DNA from: a virus
Reading direction: 5' to 3' (one strand)
Length of the DNA stretch: 42,780 nt
Virus record (IMG/VR): IMGVR_UViG_3300012211_000002
Shown: piece after piece, positions 17,887 through 27,349 of the stretch
Layout of the letters: every line of letters begins with the position of its first letter
Position numbering within the stretch: the first letter of the stretch is position 1
Translations under genes and position numbers: made by a program
The notes under the pieces: generated by a model
Databases searched by the model: none
The model's input: only the letters and a program-made list of their open reading frames with translations
What the model was told of the DNA's origin: nothing

Positions 17887-18900
17887 TCAATTCATGAGCG
17901 GCGGCATTTTATTTGTGTTCGCCACCGCCTGGGTGTAAGTGACTACGATCAGGCCAGCCGCCCCCGCTCCTCCTGTCGGTCCCGTGCAACCAGAATAGCA
18001 GGAGCCCCCTCCACCCCCACCATAAAGACCACCAGCCCCACCAGGACCTCCAACAGAGTCAGAACCACCCCCACCACCACCTGAACCATGGGAAGCATCG
18101 AATTCAATCCCGTTGCCGCCCGTGCCTCCCTGACCGCTTGCCGCTCCGCTTCCACCACCGCCAGACGTTCCGTTGTTTCCATTGCCGGAAGTCGAAGTCG
18201 CTCCTCCGCCAGTGCTAGAACTGTTGTTACCACCGGCCCCGCCGTTGCCCGTGGAAGGGACACCCGAAGCTGCCCCATTTGATCCCCCGCCATTCCCACC
18301 ACCACCACTACCACCACCCTGATTACTCCCTGCCGAGCCACCGTTGGCACCCGCTCCGTTCGGCCCTGCCGCCCCTCCACCACCAGAAGCGCCTGCCGGT
18401 GCACCACCTAAATTCGCTCCCCCGTTGCCACCAGAATTCTTTACGCAACCGCCGCCAGTACAAACGCCACTGCCAGAAGCTCCACCCGTTCCCGGTACCC
18501 CATCACTTGAGACAACCGTAGCCGAAGTACCTCCTTTTGCTCCAGCAACAACGGCTGATCCAGCAATCGAGCCACAATTGCTCGTGGAATTGCAAAAGTA
18601 AGTGTCTCCCGCGACGCCGCCAACGGCTATGCCCACAGTCGCACTAGGAGTCAAAGTCACATTGATTGATTTTGAATAGGCTCCACCACCCCCGCCAGCG
18701 CCAATGCGAAAGAAGCTCGTTGGGCCAACACCATTTCCTCCGCCACCGATGACTTCGATTGTATTGTTAGCTGAATTCCAGTCCGCTGGTACGGACCACG
18801 TAGTACCGGAAGTCAGAAAAATAACTGTCTGCGCCTTTGCCATGGGCGCACACAACAAACACAAAATAATAATCAGTTTTTTTATCAGTGTTTCACCCAT
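17887..18900 (-). CDS. Glycine-rich fibre/adhesin-like protein with signal-peptide-like N-terminus
   Basis: TSGTTWSVPA...IEVIGGGG...GAAGLIVVTY glycine-rich domain typical of phage fibres; N-terminus KKLIIILCLLCAPMAKA. Confidence 0.7.
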   Translation of the reverse strand: MGETLIKKLIIILCLLCAPMAKAQTVIFLTSGTTWSVPADWNSANNTIEVIGGGGNGVGPTSFFRIGAGGGGGAYSKSINVTLTPSATVGIAVGGVAGDTYFCNSTSNCGSIAGSAVVAGAKGGTSATVVSSDGVPGTGGASGSGVCTGGGCVKNSGGNGGANLGGAPAGASGGGGAAGPNGAGANGGSAGSNQGGGSGGGGNGGGSNGAASGVPSTGNGGAGGNNSSSTGGGATSTSGNGNNGTSGGGGSGAASGQGGTGGNGIEFDASHGSGGGGGGSDSVGGPGGAGGLYGGGGGGSCYSGCTGPTGGAGAAGLIVVTYTQAVANTNKMPPLMN

Positions 18901-20036
18901 GTTCCGCTCTGAATATAAAGAAACCAGTGCGTGGAATCCACGCCCACCACACAGGCTCCATCTGCTGCCGCGCCACCTGAAATCACGTAGCCTCCTGACG
19001 CTGAAAGAGTACCATCCGTAAAGATAATATACTGCCCACTAGCACTCGTTAGAATTTCTAACGTTCCCGTATTTGCCGCGCTGCCGTTGTAGGCATTCGC
19101 TACGCAATACTGCAATCCCGCTGCAGCGGTAGGCAACGTGTAGGTGATAGCTGCGCCAGCCGTGGCATCCTCATTAAACGTATAGCCGTGCTTGTAAGCC
19201 GTAGCATTGCACCCAGAAGTCGTACCGAGGGTGCAGGAAGCTGAAGTCGTAACTGTCACAGGTGCTGTTCCATCCATAATTCCAGTAACCAGCAACGATG
19301 TACCAGTTGCCGCTCCTATATTCGGTGTGGTCATTACACAGGACGTAACCAAACAAAAGTTTCCGCTTCCACTCGTATTGCCCGTAGCGTCCGACGGAGT
19401 TACTGCACTACTGGTAACCGTTTGAGTAGAACCGGCAAAATGAGCTACTCCTGCACCCGGAGAAGTCGCCGCAACACACGTCGTACACGTCAAAGTGCCC
19501 GTCGTGGTAATCGGACCCCCACCCAACGGAGTTGTCGTAGCCACATTCGTAACCGAGCCGCTGCCCGTACCTGTTGGAGCGCAACCCGTGCACGTTCCCG
19601 ACACTACTAAATTAGTAATGAAAGCCGAACCAATCGCCACCGTCCCCTGTGGGACAATGACAGGAAGGATCGTACCGATATCTATCGTCGAACCCGTGAT
19701 GATCCAATTCTGAGAAAAGAGTCGATTATTCTGTCCGTCATAGACTGCCACCGTATAATACGTCTGCGCTGGAGCTATGCAATCATTTCCAACTACCGCC
19801 GCCCCACCTTGAATCGAACCCGCTGTAATGGAAAAGATCACTGCCGTCGTCGGCACCAACACCGCCGGACCTCCACAGCTACCCGTCGTGAGCTGAGCTC
19901 CCTGCTGACTCAACGTAAAAAAGATTCTACCCGTTAAGGCCGTCGAGTTCGGATAGTTGATCGTTCCCGTCAAAGTGGTCGCTCGAATCGGGAGCGAGAA
20001 GGTCATAAGGAATAAGAACCAAAGCCATTTTCTCAT
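18885..20036 (-). CDS. Thr/Gly-rich fibre-like protein with signal peptide
   Basis: MRKWLWFLFLMTFSLPIRA N-terminus; GSGSVTNVAT repeats; TYTLPTAAAGLQYC C-terminal module; TAATG overlap. Confidence 0.65.
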   Translation of the reverse strand: MRKWLWFLFLMTFSLPIRATTLTGTINYPNSTALTGRIFFTLSQQGAQLTTGSCGGPAVLVPTTAVIFSITAGSIQGGAAVVGNDCIAPAQTYYTVAVYDGQNNRLFSQNWIITGSTIDIGTILPVIVPQGTVAIGSAFITNLVVSGTCTGCAPTGTGSGSVTNVATTTPLGGGPITTTGTLTCTTCVAATSPGAGVAHFAGSTQTVTSSAVTPSDATGNTSGSGNFCLVTSCVMTTPNIGAATGTSLLVTGIMDGTAPVTVTTSASCTLGTTSGCNATAYKHGYTFNEDATAGAAITYTLPTAAAGLQYCVANAYNGSAANTGTLEILTSASGQYIIFTDGTLSASGGYVISGGAAADGACVVGVDSTHWFLYIQSGTWVKH

Positions 20037-21442
20037 TACGGCTCCCTCCCCCTGCACGTTACCGTACCCGATAACGTTCCGCTAGAGTTATTCGTAACCG
20101 ATACTGACACGTTTTCCATCGTCTCCGTGTCCACGGAAGATACTGACATGTTGGACCCCGCCGGAGCACTCGAAGCCAGCACATCACAAAACACCGTATA
20201 AAGCGTATCCTGAAACGGTTTCGGCCAGGTTACTGTCACGGATTTATACCCAAGTCCAGAGATACTCCCAGTCGAAATCTTAGCTGTCTGGTAGCCACCC
20301 GGCCAATTTACTAACAGGGACAATGGGGAATTGATCGTCTGCCCTGCCGTACTCCCCGTGATACTCGCCAGTCCCGTAGGAGAAGCTATAAATGAACCCA
20401 CTCCAGGAGACAATGCAACTCCTCCACCCGGTGCTATAAACCAATGGCTCCTAAACAACGGAATGTTCTTAGCGTCTCTCAACTCCACCAAGTAGGGCTG
20501 AAACTGACTCAAGCAGTCTGTCGGAATAGGGCTCAAATTACTCTGCAAGGCACCGTTCACTATCTGCACAATTACATTAGCCGTCGAAGCTACCTGTGTC
20601 GATGTCGTGCACGTATTCACTAACCCACTTCTTTCTAGCTTGAGCAGCAGCCTACCATTCACAAAACTTCCGTTCGGATACTGAATCGTAGGTCCGTTCG
20701 GACCCGGCAAAGCCGATGGACCCGCCAATACCGGTGTCGTCACAATCGGAGGAGGTGCGCTAGCCCTAAAAGCCGCTAACACAATGCCCGGAAACACACC
20801 CGATGCCGTGGCTGTGTAAGTGCCGATCGATGTTTCCCCCACATCCGCTAGCACTAGCCGATGCTGCCCCACCCCATCATCCACGAAAGCTCTCGTGGTA
20901 AATGGACTGGCTACTCCCGCGCCAGCCGGGGTACCATTATCCGAAGCACCCACTACCAGATCCGTTACGGCAGCCGTGGTCGTAACCGAGGCAACATTAT
21001 TCGAAGGAGCGTTTACAGCATCCAACACATTGAGTGTATACTCCGCGCAAACCGAGCTAAGGTGAGTACCGATGGTCGAAGCAATCGTTACCGTAATCGA
21101 CTCACTCCCCGAAGAGGTAGCTGTCCCATGCCAATAAGCAAGGCCCAAGCCGACTTTATCCGAAATCCAATGGTTCACCCTCGTACTGGAGATTCCCGTA
21201 TAGGTCACTATATTTCCCCACGCGACCATCACTTCCAAATCTCCTACCGTCACTCCGCTGTTATTAGGAACACAGGAAGTAGACAGAGCTGAGGCTGAGC
21301 TGGCACTGCCCGCCGACACAAAGTTCCCGTAAGCCCGTTTCGGTGTGCACAGTATCATTAGAAAAAGCAGAAGAGGGAGCCATCCCTTCCAAGATAACTC
21401 CCTCTTTCCATGAGGATAAGGCTTTTCTACTTTCATAGTCAC
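20036..21442 (-). CDS. Beta-rich fibre/adhesin-like protein with hydrophobic N-terminal segment
   Basis: WLPLLLFLMILCTPKRAYG; C-terminal VTVTWPKPFQDTLYTV (H-type lectin/gp53-like); central module resembles the N-terminus of the downstream protein. Confidence 0.6.
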   Translation of the reverse strand: MTMKVEKPYPHGKRELSWKGWLPLLLFLMILCTPKRAYGNFVSAGSASSASALSTSCVPNNSGVTVGDLEVMVAWGNIVTYTGISSTRVNHWISDKVGLGLAYWHGTATSSGSESITVTIASTIGTHLSSVCAEYTLNVLDAVNAPSNNVASVTTTAAVTDLVVGASDNGTPAGAGVASPFTTRAFVDDGVGQHRLVLADVGETSIGTYTATASGVFPGIVLAAFRASAPPPIVTTPVLAGPSALPGPNGPTIQYPNGSFVNGRLLLKLERSGLVNTCTTSTQVASTANVIVQIVNGALQSNLSPIPTDCLSQFQPYLVELRDAKNIPLFRSHWFIAPGGGVALSPGVGSFIASPTGLASITGSTAGQTINSPLSLLVNWPGGYQTAKISTGSISGLGYKSVTVTWPKPFQDTLYTVFCDVLASSAPAGSNMSVSSVDTETMENVSVSVTNNSSGTLSGTVTCRGREP

Positions 21443-21450
21443 CCCCAGCC

Positions 21451-21924
21451 TTACTCCTCAAAGTGAATATGTGCGTTCGACTGCCCCGAATACGCCGGCG
21501 CTACTGAGGACAACACAGCAATGCCGATGCCATTGTTAGCTGACGTAGCACAAACCAGCTGCGCTCCCTCTGTCCACGCGTTCCACGTATAGGTTGCCCT
21601 CTGGTTAATGCCTTGGTCGAACAACGAGCTGTTCGACGTGTAGGAGGGCTCCGACGTAGCGTTGGAGCCAGCCGTAGCTGCAGCCGTACTCGGATCCGTC
21701 GAGTCCAGGTTTCTAGGAGTCACTGACGTCGTCGTGCCAACGGTCGTGGACCTCTGGATGATCCATTCCAAAACACCGTCCGCCGCCGCTCCCAACGTAG
21801 ACAAAACAAAGTGAAACACCTTGGGCCGCGTCGTGGCCGAGGCTATTAGAACCAACGCCGTCTTGAAAGAAGACGTTGTCGTTGCTTGGTTTCCGGGAAT
21901 TGCAAAACGTCGCGCCATATACAT
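21451..21924 (-). CDS. Putative structural protein (S/T/A-rich)
   Basis: 157-aa ORF with GGGGAG RBS, located among fibre genes. Confidence 0.6.
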   Translation of the reverse strand: MYMARRFAIPGNQATTTSSFKTALVLIASATTRPKVFHFVLSTLGAAADGVLEWIIQRSTTVGTTTSVTPRNLDSTDPSTAAATAGSNATSEPSYTSNSSLFDQGINQRATYTWNAWTEGAQLVCATSANNGIGIAVLSSVAPAYSGQSNAHIHFEE

Positions 21925-21951
21925 TCTCCCCTAGTCCGTTACTGAAAAACT

Positions 21952-22116
21952 TTACGTCGTCCCATTAGCTTCATCTTTATGATCTGTTCTAACGTCAATC
22001 TCTTTCTTCAAGGTTGCTATCTGCAACTGCAGCTTCACTATCTCTTCCATCAGCAGAACGTTTTCTATGTGTAACCGTCCGTGCATCTCAAATAACTTTT
22101 CCTCCGATAGCTTCAT
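21952..22116 (-). CDS. Small coiled-coil protein (54 aa)
   Basis: Manual translation MKLSEEKLFEMHGRLHIENVLLMEEIVKLQLQIATLKKEIDV... Confidence 0.5.
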   Translation of the reverse strand: MKLSEEKLFEMHGRLHIENVLLMEEIVKLQLQIATLKKEIDVRTDHKDEANGTT

Positions 22117-22132
22117 ATTCTTCTACCATCTC

Positions 22133-22324
22133 TTAGGTTGTACTATCCATGCGAACTTGTTTCATCGGCACAATCTTTCCGCAATCCACACAGATATCAA
22201 AATCGAAAATCTCCTCATTTTCTCCCGAACCCAAATGAACTTCTAGGAACGAGAATCTCGCTGGCAAGGTTACGCCTTTCTCTCGTGCGAGATCAGATGC
22301 CCACCGATGCGTACAATCACTCAT
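22133..22324 (-). CDS. Small Cys/His-containing protein
   Basis: 63-aa ORF; CTH...CVDCGK. Confidence 0.55.
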   Translation of the reverse strand: MSDCTHRWASDLAREKGVTLPARFSFLEVHLGSGENEEIFDFDICVDCGKIVPMKQVRMDSTT

Positions 22325-22494
22325 ATTGTGCTGTCCGTGCTCTTGACAAATCCAAGCAGTTTCTTGAATGCCTCCAAGTCGATTTCGACATGGGCATTTT
22401 CACATTCGAAACGTATGATCTTGCTAAAATCGAGCATGTACGGCTCGATTCTGGACAAGTCGATGACGGCTAGATATTTTTTATCTTCACTCAT
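22321..22494 (-). CDS. Small hypothetical protein (57 aa)
   Basis: Manual translation MSEDKKYLAVIDLSRIEPYMLDF...; TAATG and ATGA overlaps at the two ends. Confidence 0.55.
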   Translation of the reverse strand: MSEDKKYLAVIDLSRIEPYMLDFSKIIRFECENAHVEIDLEAFKKLLGFVKSTDSTI

Positions 22495-23507
22495 TAGGTT
22501 GTGCTATCCGTAATCAAACCATAAGCCGCAAGAGCAGTCAGCAAGCTCGCTATCACCGCATCAGCAGGAAGTTTTGCTCCTGCAACTGTTTGCTTTGCTG
22601 CTGGCGTCGCGGCGAAGAAACCAAGATTCCCATGCACTTCCAGAGGACCTCCTAATTCCACAAGACCCAGACCCGTCTTGATGGCCCAAGGTGTTCCCGT
22701 CACTTGATCTTCTATTTTTAATCCATAGGTTCCTGTTGACGTACCAGGTCCCAGGATTAAACTTTGATCCATAATCTGCATTCCAATTACGTTTCCGCCC
22801 ACAACCACAAAATTAAAAGGCGTGGCAGCCTTAATAGTCACCACATCTCCACTAACAGTCCCGCTGTCCAACTCTATGCCAGCCTCCATTCCTACAACAG
22901 TATCAATAACTCCACCGCCCTGCTGCCAAACAAAACAATTTATCCCAACCAGTTGAGAACTGTTTATATTACCAGTTATGTCAGCGTCGATTTGCAATGC
23001 AACAAGGCCAGCAGGGTTTCCAGATGCGCGTGAATCCAAAACCATAATATTAGCGCCAGCAAAATTGGCGTTAACAGGAAGAGTTGGCGCTGAATCATTA
23101 AGCTCCCCTAGAGAGATAAATGGAGCCAAACTAGTGGCCGTAGAACTAAAACTGAATTGCGAACCAGGAGAAATTGCAGAAAGAACATGAGCCGCTGGAT
23201 CATTTAGACCTGAAACTACAGCCCCTTGGAACACCAAAGAATAAGTCGTTAAATCAAACGTCTTGTCCGCTGTGGGATCTAGCACCTGATCGAGACGCGG
23301 CGTGCTTCCACCACCACCAGCTGCAATCGAAACCCCACCATTCGAATCTGGTGTAAGCGTAACGTTGGAACCACTTTTGAGATTCAATAGGGATTGCTTC
23401 ACATTCAAAACCCCATCTGTCTCTAACACAGCTCCACCAGAACTTCCCAGAGCCTCCAACACCTGCTCTACAACACTGTCTATAAAATAGCCTTTACTTG
23501 TAAACAT
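22494..23507 (-). CDS. Tail fibre/spike-like protein
   Basis: Beta-helix-like middle; C-terminal NLGFFAATPAAKQTV...LLTALAAYGLITDST motif seen in phage tail proteins; GGAGGAG RBS. Confidence 0.6.
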   Translation of the reverse strand: MFTSKGYFIDSVVEQVLEALGSSGGAVLETDGVLNVKQSLLNLKSGSNVTLTPDSNGGVSIAAGGGGSTPRLDQVLDPTADKTFDLTTYSLVFQGAVVSGLNDPAAHVLSAISPGSQFSFSSTATSLAPFISLGELNDSAPTLPVNANFAGANIMVLDSRASGNPAGLVALQIDADITGNINSSQLVGINCFVWQQGGGVIDTVVGMEAGIELDSGTVSGDVVTIKAATPFNFVVVGGNVIGMQIMDQSLILGPGTSTGTYGLKIEDQVTGTPWAIKTGLGLVELGGPLEVHGNLGFFAATPAAKQTVAGAKLPADAVIASLLTALAAYGLITDSTT

Positions 23508-23519
23508 CAACTCCTCCAA

Positions 23520-23843
23520 CTAAAAACGAACCAACGTCGGAGAATCCAAAGGATCACACTGTACATCATAATGCCCATCCGGGTAAGTTCTCACCGTAGT
23601 CCTTCTCTCTGGGGCGGTCGTTAACCCATGATAAATCCGTGTCACAATAGATGGCGGCTGTCCCTCCAACCTAGCTTTCTCAGTCAGCTTAATGATATCT
23701 TCGTCATTCTTAATCTCCTTCACAGCTGCCGCTACATGCTTATAGTGCAAACGCAGCAACTTAAGATCTGGTCGAGCTTCATTTGAAGCTTTGAGGTCCC
23801 CTAGGCGCTGTAGCTCCATTGCTGCCTTTATATCCATAGGCAC
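23520..23843 (-). CDS. Hypothetical protein
   Basis: 107-aa ORF within the operon. Confidence 0.55.
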   Translation of the reverse strand: MPMDIKAAMELQRLGDLKASNEARPDLKLLRLHYKHVAAAVKEIKNDEDIIKLTEKARLEGQPPSIVTRIYHGLTTAPERRTTVRTYPDGHYDVQCDPLDSPTLVRF

Positions 23844-23850
23844 CTCTCTG

Positions 23851-24126
23851 CTAGTTTAGCCACTTGTATGTCTTCTTCTCTTCCACTCTCATACTCTTAA
23901 CAAACTTTTCCGCCTCTTCCTTCGTAGAAAACATCCAACGAACTATTTTCTTAGGCCAAAAAGAACTCTGATCTGAAGCCAACACTACCCAAGTTTCTCT
24001 CAACTGAGCCATCGAAACCCCCGCCAACCACAACTCCGCACTCAGTCTATTACTGAATACACAAAGCAACTTCTGCTTAGCTGCTTTCAAATCTCTCACT
24101 ACGACACAATAGATCATATCTTCCAC
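23851..24126 (-). CDS. Hypothetical protein
   Basis: 91-aa ORF within the operon. Confidence 0.55.
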   Translation of the reverse strand: MEDMIYCVVVRDLKAAKQKLLCVFSNRLSAELWLAGVSMAQLRETWVVLASDQSSFWPKKIVRWMFSTKEEAEKFVKSMRVEEKKTYKWLN

Positions 24127-24129
24127 CAG

Positions 24130-24912
24130 CTACCTTATCTTCGTCTTCCTCTCCATCGCCAGACAACAAAAACCATAGCCATTAGGACCCGAATCTTGTG
24201 AAGGAATTAATCTACAACCTTCATCAAAACTCCAGTCTGCCTTTCCACCGACTAAATCCAAACCCTCTTCCATCCCCCAACTCAGCAATCGTGCGTACAC
24301 CGCCTGATTAAACATCCTCCCGGCTCTCACATTATTCGCGATGTAATGGTCTTGCTCATGCTCCGCAAAATCCGACGTTATGAAAAGCATTCCATAGCTA
24401 GCTACACTTCTACACAAATCCCGGAACGCTGCCTCGTACTCTGCTATATGCTCCAACGTCGAAATACAGAAAACTACGTCCATGTTCCGATCTTCCTCTA
24501 TCAGGCCAGGCAAACCACTGTGAAGCATTCTATAAGATCCCGCAAACTGCTTCGTGGCGTTCATCTTCTCCATCTGCCGCAACGCTAAAGCCTCCTGGTT
24601 TCCCCAAGCCCAAATCTCATACATCGTTACATCGCAGCCCAACCAATACATCATAGGAGAAAGCAAGCCCGTGCAGCATCCATGATCCGCTACTTTCGTA
24701 GCCCCAAAATCCCCCACCGACGTTACTGCCGTGGGCTTCTCCGACCAATAGCGATAGGCCTTCAACGCCATCGCATATTCCCATCTCCTCAAGGGATGCT
24801 GAGCCTTGTCTCCCCCTTCCAGGATTGCCAACACTCTATCGACAAACGTCAACTCTGTCTTCAACTCCTCAAAATCCGACAACCGCATACTTTTACTGAA
24901 AGGGATTGGCAT
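24130..24912 (-). CDS. Class I SAM-dependent methyltransferase
   Basis: RRWEY, VADHGCCTG, DVVFCISTLEHI, GMLFITSDF. Confidence 0.8.
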   Translation of the reverse strand: MPIPFSKSMRLSDFEELKTELTFVDRVLAILEGGDKAQHPLRRWEYAMALKAYRYWSEKPTAVTSVGDFGATKVADHGCCTGLLSPMMYWLGCDVTMYEIWAWGNQEALALRQMEKMNATKQFAGSYRMLHSGLPGLIEEDRNMDVVFCISTLEHIAEYEAAFRDLCRSVASYGMLFITSDFAEHEQDHYIANNVRAGRMFNQAVYARLLSWGMEEGLDLVGGKADWSFDEGCRLIPSQDSGPNGYGFCCLAMERKTKIR

Positions 24913-24913
24913 T

Positions 24914-25879
24914 TTAAGCCCCCTTGGCCTTCTTATGCCAGAGCTCTTCTACAAGATCTACGTACATCTTCCCCGTCGCCTTCCAACTTAAATCTTTTAG
25001 CATTCTATAAGGAACTTTAACTTCTCTATCTGCTTTCACATCTTTCCAAATCTGAGCCGCTGACTGCATCACCTCATCTTCCGAATTTACAAAATAAAGC
25101 TCATCTTCATACTGAAGAAGCGTTCTGGTCTTTGGGCAATGCCGAAGGATCAGAGGCCTTCTTGCCGCCGCCATCATTCTGCTTGAGCCGCTCTGTCCAG
25201 GGGCCTCCGGCTCTATGGCAAAGTAGATCGTCGCCGTGCACCCTGCCAACATCTTTACGACTTGCTGTTGGGCCAAAAACCTGGTCTCCAAAGTAAGATT
25301 ACTTCCTCCCAAACTGTTCCATTCTTGATACATAGCATGAGCATCGTAAGCCGGGTGCTGGGGAGCTATCACCAAAGCTTTTCCCTGCGTAGCTAAGGCC
25401 GCTTTGATCGTTACTTCCATATGCTTATTCGGAAACGCAAACCCAGCTGTTCCGAACACTGGCTTGTCTCCCGCTACATACGGTTTTACTTCTACCTCCG
25501 GCAGCCCATGTGGAACGTAGTGGAAAGGCACCTTCTTTCCTGCGTAATGAGTAATTTCCATAGGCTCGTGAGCCGTAACTGCATCGACTATATCCATCGC
25601 ATCCTGTGGCCCTGCTACGTGATGCTGCCCATGAGACTCTTGCACCATCAGAGCCACTTTGGCTCCATGACTTTGCATTCTCCTTACATCATCCGGCGTA
25701 AAACTTACCACTGCCGGATGGTAATTGATGAACACCACATCATGCTGATCTCCGAGTGGGCAAGTCCGTATCACATCTACTGCGTAGTTTGCTTCTTGCA
25801 GCTGCTCAAACATGTTCTTGGAATACTCCGCCATCCCACAAACTTCTCCGTAGTTGCTTACGATAGCTATCCTCTTCAT
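24914..25879 (-). CDS. Glycosyltransferase (GT-B, GT4-like)
   Basis: MKRIAIVSNYGEVCGMAEYS, VPHG, GFAFPNK, QSGS, SWKATGKMY; start at ATG 25879 (ATGA overlap). Confidence 0.8.
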   Translation of the reverse strand: MKRIAIVSNYGEVCGMAEYSKNMFEQLQEANYAVDVIRTCPLGDQHDVVFINYHPAVVSFTPDDVRRMQSHGAKVALMVQESHGQHHVAGPQDAMDIVDAVTAHEPMEITHYAGKKVPFHYVPHGLPEVEVKPYVAGDKPVFGTAGFAFPNKHMEVTIKAALATQGKALVIAPQHPAYDAHAMYQEWNSLGGSNLTLETRFLAQQQVVKMLAGCTATIYFAIEPEAPGQSGSSRMMAAARRPLILRHCPKTRTLLQYEDELYFVNSEDEVMQSAAQIWKDVKADREVKVPYRMLKDLSWKATGKMYVDLVEELWHKKAKGA

Positions 25880-26061
25880 GCCTTCTCCCTCTTTATCTCT
25901 CTCTGCCGATCTAGGATTCTCACTTCTTCTGCTATAATCTTCAGAATTTCTGGAGTAATCTTTGCTATTGTCCATTCCGCCATCCTTTCCCGCTCTAAAG
26001 ATAGACCCTCTCGCTGGATTACGGCAATCAATCTTTTCTTGGTCTGTATAGCAAAGCTCAT
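25876..26061 (-). CDS. Small hypothetical protein (61 aa)
   Basis: MSFAIQTKKRL...; ATGA overlaps at both ends. Confidence 0.55.
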   Translation of the reverse strand: MSFAIQTKKRLIAVIQREGLSLERERMAEWTIAKITPEILKIIAEEVRILDRQREIKREKA

Positions 26062-27062
26062 ACTGAGACTCCCACTGCTGACTTGGGCACAAGACTTCTG
26101 TACATCTCTGCATACTTCTTTGCCGAATTCTTCCATGTCAATTCTTCCAATATTTTCTTCGGTCTCTTGCCATTTTCTATCACTCTCAAAACTCCATCCG
26201 CTATTGTTCTTGGCGTAGGGTTCTGTTCTATCCACTCGATCTCATTTCTATAACCTTCATTCTCCCACAAATCTGCAAACATTAACGATTTCGTAAGCAC
26301 CATGTGACTTCCCGTAGCAATCCCCATTCTCACGCAGGACGAAATTCCACTCTTGCCATCTGCCATCGGATAGACGTTCACTAAATTCGTTGCTAGAATC
26401 TTAGACACTTCTTTCTGAGGCAACCAACTCGTAATGTAGTTCGCACTGGGAAATGCTTGTTTGACTAGGTGGCCAATATAATGTGTGTTCACATGCTGGC
26501 TCTCTGGGCAAACCATAGCCACACCTTTGATCCGCTCCGTTTCTTTAACCAAAATAGCTGCTGCTTGTGCTACTTCTAAAGTCCGCTTCTGAGCCAAAGG
26601 AAAACCACCTAATCCGATACTAGTATTCTTCTCACTCCATGTCGAGTCCTCTAATACATCAATTCCGATTGGCACGAACTCGAAACCGTCTGGAGTCTGC
26701 TGATGAACTATTACTCGATCAAACTCCGCTGTGAAAGAGAACAGCTGTCTGTTGTTCTGAGCGTGGTGGTCACACAACGTCAGTGTGATCTTAGCTCCGC
26801 CTGCTCGAAACTTTGTTGCCACTCCTGAGCCAAAGATACCTACGTAACCCGAATCGTACTGGAAGTGAATTACATCAAACTGCCCTGCCATCACTCTCGG
26901 ATACAGATTCTGAAAATCATAAGGCCCGAAGATAGGAGTCATTTCTATATCCGGAGCTACCACTGCCATGTTCTCTATCAACATCCTCGTGTACTCTGCG
27001 ACGCCGCATCTGTGCTGAGTCCAACTGGTTGTGACGATACCAACTCTCATTATTTTATCCAC
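26058..27062 (-). CDS. Glycosyltransferase (GT-B, GT4-like), paralog of the downstream one
   Basis: MRVGIVTT...CGVAEYT, DVIHFQY, VPIG, GISS, TWKNSAKKYAEMY. Confidence 0.8.
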   Translation of the reverse strand: MDKIMRVGIVTTSWTQHRCGVAEYTRMLIENMAVVAPDIEMTPIFGPYDFQNLYPRVMAGQFDVIHFQYDSGYVGIFGSGVATKFRAGGAKITLTLCDHHAQNNRQLFSFTAEFDRVIVHQQTPDGFEFVPIGIDVLEDSTWSEKNTSIGLGGFPLAQKRTLEVAQAAAILVKETERIKGVAMVCPESQHVNTHYIGHLVKQAFPSANYITSWLPQKEVSKILATNLVNVYPMADGKSGISSCVRMGIATGSHMVLTKSLMFADLWENEGYRNEIEWIEQNPTPRTIADGVLRVIENGKRPKKILEELTWKNSAKKYAEMYRSLVPKSAVGVSV

Positions 27063-27334
27063 TGTATATTTTCTCTAACTGTCTCTTTCCAACTCGCTTC
27101 ATCTGCCACTCTCTGCCTGTGAGTGTCTAACGTATGCTGTAACGCTTCTTTCGTAGGTGGGTGAGCACGAGCCCCATCCACCGAACCGATTGTCACCCTA
27201 CTCACTTCCAACATCTGCCCACAATGTGCCCTTATTTCTATCACATGCAAATTGTCTCTCGTCAAACTAATTGAATGTCTCACTGAAACTTCTTTCCCAT
27301 GCTGTGACATCAAATTCTTACTTCCATTTACCAT
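27050..27334 (-). CDS. Hypothetical protein
   Basis: 94-aa ORF with GGGAG RBS. Confidence 0.55.
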   Translation of the reverse strand: MVNGSKNLMSQHGKEVSVRHSISLTRDNLHVIEIRAHCGQMLEVSRVTIGSVDGARAHPPTKEALQHTLDTHRQRVADEASWKETVRENIQWIK

Positions 27335-27349
27335 TTTGATTCTCCCAAT

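Noticed and set aside
17949-18623. Alternative-frame ORFs within the glycine-rich gene
   Set aside because: Shadow frames of GGN-rich codons.
25880-26113. N-terminal extension of the 399-aa glycosyltransferase ORF
   Set aside because: Overlaps the upstream glycosyltransferase and a 61-aa gene with coupled start and stop; the paralog aligns from MKRIAIV.
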